Assembly (NCBI GenBank): GCA_904063045.1
Contig: CAJFCJ010000007.1
Location: forward strand, 802,819 to 866,818
Reading direction: 5' to 3'
DNA from: Dimorphilus gyrociliatus
Taxonomy: Eukaryota > Animalia > Annelida
Length of the DNA: 64,000 nt
The translations under genes were made by a program, and so were the position numbers. Shown in pieces: positions 58,022 to 64,000 of this stretch; within the stretch, counting starts at the first letter, position 1, and each line of letters opens with the position of its first letter. Below the pieces are notes generated by a model. That model saw only the letters and a program-made list of their open reading frames with translations, had not been told where the DNA came from and did no database searches.

Positions 58022-58394
58022 ATGCCTGAACAAAACGCTAGCCAACCTGTCTTGGAATATGGAAATACTGAAACAGTTGGTGGAAAGTTGTGGAAAAAGA
58101 CAAAAAATGAACCTTTTGTTCCATTAGGTTAGTTGAATTTTAAATTTTTTGTTAAATTTTTGAATAATTTAAATTATATTAGGTCTCCTTGGTATGATCT
58201 CTGCTCTGGGTTATGGATTTTATAAATATAAGCACAGAGGAAACATGAGCACATCAGTTTACTTGATGCATTTGCGTGTACAAGCTCAGTCCATGGTCGT
58301 GGGTGCAATGACCGTTGGCGTAGCTTATACTCTCTTTAGAGATTACTGGAAGAAGAGCCAAAACGGCAATGGCAATGGAAACGGAAAGCACTGA
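58022..58394 (+). CDS. HIGD1A: Hypoxia-induced gene domain protein (HIG1 family)
   Basis: KLWKKTKNEPFVPLGLLG...RGNMSTSVYLMHLRVQAQSMVVGAM; two exons. Confidence 0.88.
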
Positions 58395-58713
58395 TTGTAC
58401 ATATGAAAATCGGAAACAGAGACGTTTTTTTTGCTATTTATAAGTAACTAATCTGCAAATGTTGTCGTTTGATCTGGCAATATTCTCGTGAGTTTCTGAT
58501 ATTTTTTAGGTAAATTTTTCCGTTATTGTTCAATACTGAATATTTTGTAAATTACAAATAAACTCGATAATATATTAGTATTTATTATTTTCGAAAACCG
58601 TCCCAAATGTCGTTTCAAGGTTATATACGCCATTGTTATATAATAGTAGTAGAGAAGCATAACGCATACGTATTTGATAATATATTTTTAATTATAGTAA
58701 ATCATTATTCTTT

Positions 58714-60186
58714 TTAAAATTCTTCATAAAATGGGAAGTCCGGAGCTTTACCGTCTCTAAATTCTATCTTACCATTCACTTCTACGACGGGTGCAATGTA
58801 TCTATAATTCTTATCGATACTATCAATAATCTTCACATCTTCATCAGATATAGTAAAATCAAAAATCTATTGAAGAATACATTGCTGTTAAACGATCGAA
58901 AGGAAATGTAGCTGAATTGATAACGTACGTTCAGATTCTGCTGAATCCTGGAGGGTGTTACGCTCTTCGGAATAACAGCGATATTTCTTTGTGCCAGCCA
59001 TTTAAGAAGAATCTATCAGCCACAAAAGTTAGTGTTTACCCATAGATTAAAAACTATTGATGTTAGTAACTTACTTGTCCGGGTGTTTTCGAATATTTTT
59101 GACCTAGTTTTTCTATGACAGGGTCCTTAAGTAGAATTGGTTCTTCTCTGGTTCCAGCCCTTGCAATGGATTAATTTGCATAGAGCAACAACATGTTAAT
59201 ACTATAAAAAAAGAAAAATGTTACCATGGCCTGTCTGGTGAACCTAAGGGGCTGTAAGCAGTAACAGTTATCCCATTTTTATGGCAAAAATCCACGAGTT
59301 TTTTTTGACCAAAGTAGGCGTGTATCTCAATCTTGAAATTGAAAAGATTAAATTTCAATAGACAATGTGCTAAACAGAAATATACCTGAAGATTAGCTGG
59401 TTTTATTGAGCAATTATCAAGAATGTTTTGAATTTGTTTGCTATTAAAGTTAGATACTCCAATACTCTTTGTCAAACCTAGTTTAACGCATTCTTCCATT
59501 TGCTTTTAAGAAAGAGAGAAATTTCTATTTTATTAATATTATTTTAATTTTTATTCTTTAACCAAACCTTCCAGGTTTCAAGATGGCAAACTTTATCGTA
59601 TATAAGATTTCCTTCGTCATCTTTGGGAAAATTTTCTCGTCCTTGCTAAATATAGTAACAAAGATACCGGTTATCTACATATTATAAGTTATATTTATTA
59701 CAGTCGAGTTCAAACCTTGAAAGCTGTAGGCCAATGAATCAAGAATAAGTCTAAGTAGTCAACATTTAGATTGGTCAATGATTCTTTTAGAGATGGGATA
59801 ACATCTTCTTTATGATGACGTGTATTCCACAACTATACGTTTTAATACAAAGTTTCAGTTATACATAAATAAACATTACCGTTTTTAAATTATACCTTGC
59901 TTGTAATGAACACTTCCTGCCTCTTAAGACCACTTTGAAATTTTTCTTTTAAAGCTCTACCCACCTCCTCTTCATTACCATAAGCATAAGCGCAATCTAT
60001 AAGTTTATAATTATTGTCGATTGCAGTTTTGACAGCATTTTCTACCTCTCCAGGTTTCGACTAAAATGTATTTGTTTTAAATAAACGATATCAATTAAAT
60101 AGAATAAGTGTTAAAGTTACCTTCCATGTTCCTAGTCCCACTATTGGCATTACTTCACCACTTAACAATTTTAGAGTTTTAGCCAT
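58714..60186 (-). CDS. Aldo-keto reductase family 1 (AKR1A/1B-like)
   Basis: [40 protein letters not shown] (D-Y-K-H tetrad intact), [16 protein letters not shown] and [11 protein letters not shown]. Confidence 0.93.
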
Positions 60187-61385
60187 TCTTATTTTATTGT
60201 TCTAATGAAGAAATTCTGAAAGAAATCCTCCCTTAACATAGTTTTAAGAGTATATAGATGGCGCTTCGGACAACGAATATAATAGCGAGCAAACTTTCTA
60301 GATACACAATTTAATTTTGAACAAGTAAGATAAAATATGTTTAATTCAAAGAAAGCTTTAAAATATTAAGAAAAGGATTACTAACCTCCGTTGTTCCAAT
60401 GTTTAATGTTTTTTTAAGATTGCTTAAAGAGCTGATTATCTGCAAAACATACTTGGAATAATCTTGTACCATTTTCCTCAGACTATACACTTTCAAATGA
60501 ATTATCGTTCAAATCTATTACAAATATCCAAAAGAGATTATTTAAGAAATATGCGTTTATTTCTTTTTTACTCTATAAAAGACAATTATAACAACTATAA
60601 TTTAGTTATTCTCAACTCTTTAACAATTAAAAAATGACGAAATGTATCAAATAATAATAATAAAATGTAAACACAAATTATAATATCATTATTTAATACT
60701 TTTAAACTTATTAACAAGATGTTCTTTTAGTATTAAATCTTATAAATGACCTACTTAATCATTTTGTTGCAAAGATTTTATCTTAAATCTCTCCACAGCT
60801 ATTTATTTTCTAAAAGTTGATGGAGGAAAATTAAAAATTTCCAAATTGTTCATTGTTTGTTTATTTTATAGATTATGTTTTTTTTAAAAGTAAAAACTAG
60901 TCTATCTAAGTATATTTTGTCGATATTTTAAGAGAATATACATATAAATTTTGATATCAATATACAAAAATACGAAAAAAAAGTCTGTATTCCTTAGACG
61001 GTTAATCTTTATATTAATAATATATATAGAAAGTAGAGTAAAGAAAGATTAGCGAAAGAAACTAGTGAGTAATCCTTGATTTGAATAAGTGGAATATAAA
61101 TTTGGGGCAGTAACGCTCTATCATGGCTCCTAACAGTTTATCAGCTGCCAACAGTTGCTGGCCAATCAGTGTCTTGGGTTCGATAAGGTCGACAAATTTA
61201 CAGTAAATTAACTATGAAAAGACCTATTAAAATTTGAAATAACATTAAAAAACAATTATTTGGAAAAGGGGGGACTTATAGAGCAATAGATATTTAAACA
61301 ATATACATGATAAGAAAAATAGTAGAGTAGTGAAACCCAGAGTTCCGCTTGGAATTTCGATGCTAGATGCGCTCCTACACCGACC

Positions 61386-61392
61386 TATAAAA
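61386..61392 (+). promoter_or_regulatory. TATA box of the glycosyltransferase gene
   Basis: CTATAAAA in a locally GC-richer context ~70 nt before the ATG at 61463; CCAAT at 61162-61166. Confidence 0.45.
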
Positions 61393-61462
61393 TACAAACC
61401 GGGGCTGCTACTAGCATAAAAACTATAGACAAACGTCTCGGGAAGCGCCTGCAGACGTAAAC

Positions 61463-63127
61463 ATGCAACAATCTTTCATCAAATCCTTTATATTTCTATT
61501 TATTCCATCTATATTGTGTATTTCTTGGATTTTTTCTTCATTTCAAGAACCGATTCCACCTACTTCAACAGCATCAAGTTCCAGTTTTATTGTTGAAGGA
61601 AGAACTAGACGAGAAAAGCTAAACTCTTTGTACAAATTATATAATTCTATAAACAAATCCACAACGCTTTCAAAAGGAATAAAGAAGAGAATTCGTTTAG
61701 AGGAAGGAGCTGACGAAGCCGAAGAATTAGGAAAATTAAGAGTTATACATAAGCCCAAGTTTGTTATTATTATGATTATTACTATTACTATTATATTATT
61801 ATTATCCTTCTGTATCTTTCTCACTTATAACCTTAATATTGATATAAAGCGGATTGAAGATATTTGATTATAAAGTAATAGATTAATTAATGAACGAGTA
61901 AAGCTTTTAATTTTTATTTTTAACAGATCTCTAATAACATTACCAAGGGATACAACCATTGTTTCAATGCCAAAAGTAACTGCTGTTTCTCCGAGACCAA
62001 GGAATTTGAGTAAGTAGGCCTACTGTTGAATGAGAATAATATTCGGGATGACTGAGTATATATATTTTACGGGTGTATGGGCACGTTTCCTTTATTTATT
62101 GGGCTATGTAAGTCAAATTTGACGATTGAGCCGTGAAAATAGTGAATGAAAGAAAAGTGGGAAACTGGAAAAGGGCACACAATTCTTGTCATTTTTTACT
62201 TAAGCCTTTTATCTTTAAAAAGGGGGACGGATTATAATTGATCAGACACCTTTAACATGGAAACAATTAGTACAGAAGAAGTTTGCTTCAAGATTGAAGG
62301 GAGGACATTTGAAACTTCAAGGGAAGAAACAAACGGAATCTCGCCGTCAAAGAGTTGCAATCATTATTCCATATCGTAACAGGGACAGTCATTTCCGAGT
62401 ACTGTTACGTTATTTGCACCCTTTATTACAGCGGCAAAATTTAGTAGAATATACAATATATATTGTAGAACAAAAGAACAAATTGCCATTTAATAGGTTA
62501 GTCATAACACTATGAGTAGTGTTTGCCTTTTCATTCATTTACTTTATTCATTATAATAACGAAATATACAACAGAGCTTTACTGATAAACATCGGCTTTG
62601 CCGAAGCAATGAAGATTCATCCATTTGATTGTCTCATCTTTCATGACGTTGACCTCATACCTGAAGACGATAGAAACCTGTATAACTGCGCTGCTCAACC
62701 TAAGCATATGTCTGTGGCTGTGTCATCTTTTGATTATAAACTACCATATACTGACATCTTTGGAGGAGTTGGAGCGGTTTTTTCAAATCAATTTAAAGCT
62801 ATTAACGGAATGTCTAACTGTTTTTTCGGTTGGGGAGGGGAAGATGACGATCTCCGAAATAGACTAACTGAGAAAGCTTATCGTATAGTCAGACCATCAG
62901 AAACAATTGCTCGATATACTATGTTAACACATGACCAACAGTTTCGATCACATGAGAGATTCAAGTTACTATATAGTGGTTTTGAAAGGTTCAGTAAAGA
63001 TGGACTGAATTCTTTGAAATTTAGATTGTTAAAAATATTTAAGCATAAGCTGTTTACAAAGATTGTTGTTGACTTTGACAAGTTAAGTTTTATCAATAGC
63101 ACAGAGGGAACGGCAATTTGCAAATAA
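61463..63127 (+). CDS. GT7 beta-1,4-N-acetylgalactosaminyltransferase (bre-4-like)
   Basis: Signal anchor, then RVAIIIPYRNR, FNRALLINIGF, FHDVD (DxD), LPYTDIFGGV (Ile at the bovine B4GALT1 Tyr289 position, which established work links to UDP-GalNAc use) and GWGGEDDD. Introns 61759-61926, 62010-62222 and 62497-62574. Confidence 0.88.
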
Positions 63128-63330
63128 CAAAAGTATTATATTGTTATATATACACGTATTTTAAATTAAATAAACATATGGTGTATGGAATTCTTTAGAA
63201 ATTTATGATAAGGAGAAAGAGAAACTTTTTTTTATGACGTTTTAAATGAATTTTAAAAATATAGTCACTGAATTTTTTTTATTAAAAAACAAAGACATCT
63301 TGAAATTTAAAATAATTACAAAGTAAAAAT

Positions 63331-64000
63331 ATGCCAAGTCCTATTTTTCAACAACCTAATCGACGATTATTTAAAACTCGAAGTGCCTCATCCTCCCGAG
63401 AACGATTTCATCCGCACATTAGGGATACTTTACACCGTCAAAGGCAAGAGATGCAATTGTTAATTAACGAATTGAAGAAAAGAGACAAGGAGCTAACGAC
63501 AATGTCGAGTTCTCATAGGCGTCAACTGCTTAGTTGGGAAGAGGATAAACGAAAGTTGAAGGCGGCAACGGAACACCTACAGACTATAGAGAAGGATAAT
63601 AAACAATTGAAAGATGAGAATGAAAGAATACGAGAAGAAATCAAGAAGTTTAAAGGACAAGTAAATAGATTGAATGAGAACAAAGCTTGTAATTTAGCAA
63701 GATCCTTAGAAATGGAAAAAAAGAATAAAGATTTGGCGGAAGCTATTGACGAAATGACCTCCAATATGGGACGTTTGGAAGCAAAAGAAATTGAATTAAG
63801 GTAACTTTGATCACTATTTCACAAACATCAAAGATTATTATTATTTCTTCTATAGCAATATGCTTAGCCTTAGGGAGAGTGATATGGAATCGGCTACGAA
63901 ACATATTATTGAATTGAACCAACGTCTTAAAGAAGAGAATTCAAAGAGACGATTACTTGAAGGTGTTCAGTCGAAATGGACAAAGTTATGTAAAGAATTT
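63331..64000 (+). CDS. CCDC62: Coiled-coil domain-containing protein 62-like (3' truncated by window end)
   Basis: TLHRQRQEMQLLINELKKRDKEL...HRRQLLSWEEDK resembles the CCDC62 N-terminal block; continues after an intron at ~63801-63855. Confidence 0.75.

Noticed and set aside
61165-61190. Pol III B-box-like GGTTCGA
   Set aside because: Lacks the downstream CC and any cloverleaf; it lies in a Pol II promoter.
61759-61867. Second transmembrane segment in ORF 61463-61867 (FVIIMIITITIILLLSF)
   Set aside because: It is translated (TAT/ATT)-rich intron. A GTTTGT donor at 61759 splices in frame to the next exon.

Overview
This is eukaryotic (animal) genomic DNA, not prokaryotic. It is AT-rich and very compact, with about 22 protein-coding genes whose GT-AG introns are mostly about 50-70 nt, which is why the ORF track is fragmented. 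In order: importin-11 (3' truncated), orphan Ig V-set membrane protein, TPST-like sulfotransferase, short Rel/NF-kB, RIIa/Dpy-30 docking-domain protein, SLC25 carrier, Cabin1, ASH2L, CCDC77, ARL9/10-like GTPase, UBE2D-like E2, MRP1-like ABCC transporter, USP9X, KIF3B, UPF0390/C19orf53-like, a macro-macro-RING-Deltex fusion, alanine racemase, double-domain small HSP, HIGD1, aldo-keto reductase, bre-4-like beta-1,4-GalNAc-transferase, CCDC62-like (3' truncated). The style fits a miniaturised lophotrochozoan genome such as the annelid Dimorphilus gyrociliatus, but that is inference and was not searched. I found no rRNA, tRNA, CRISPR array or transposase. The main highlights are an intact, 6-intron, bacterial-type alanine racemase (D-alanine synthesis in an animal); a PARP9/DTX3L-like single-chain fusion with degenerate functional sites; an atypical Rel gene with a kB site in its own promoter; and a probable TPST pseudo-enzyme. 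All exon models were assembled by eye, and family calls come from remembered motifs, not database searches.
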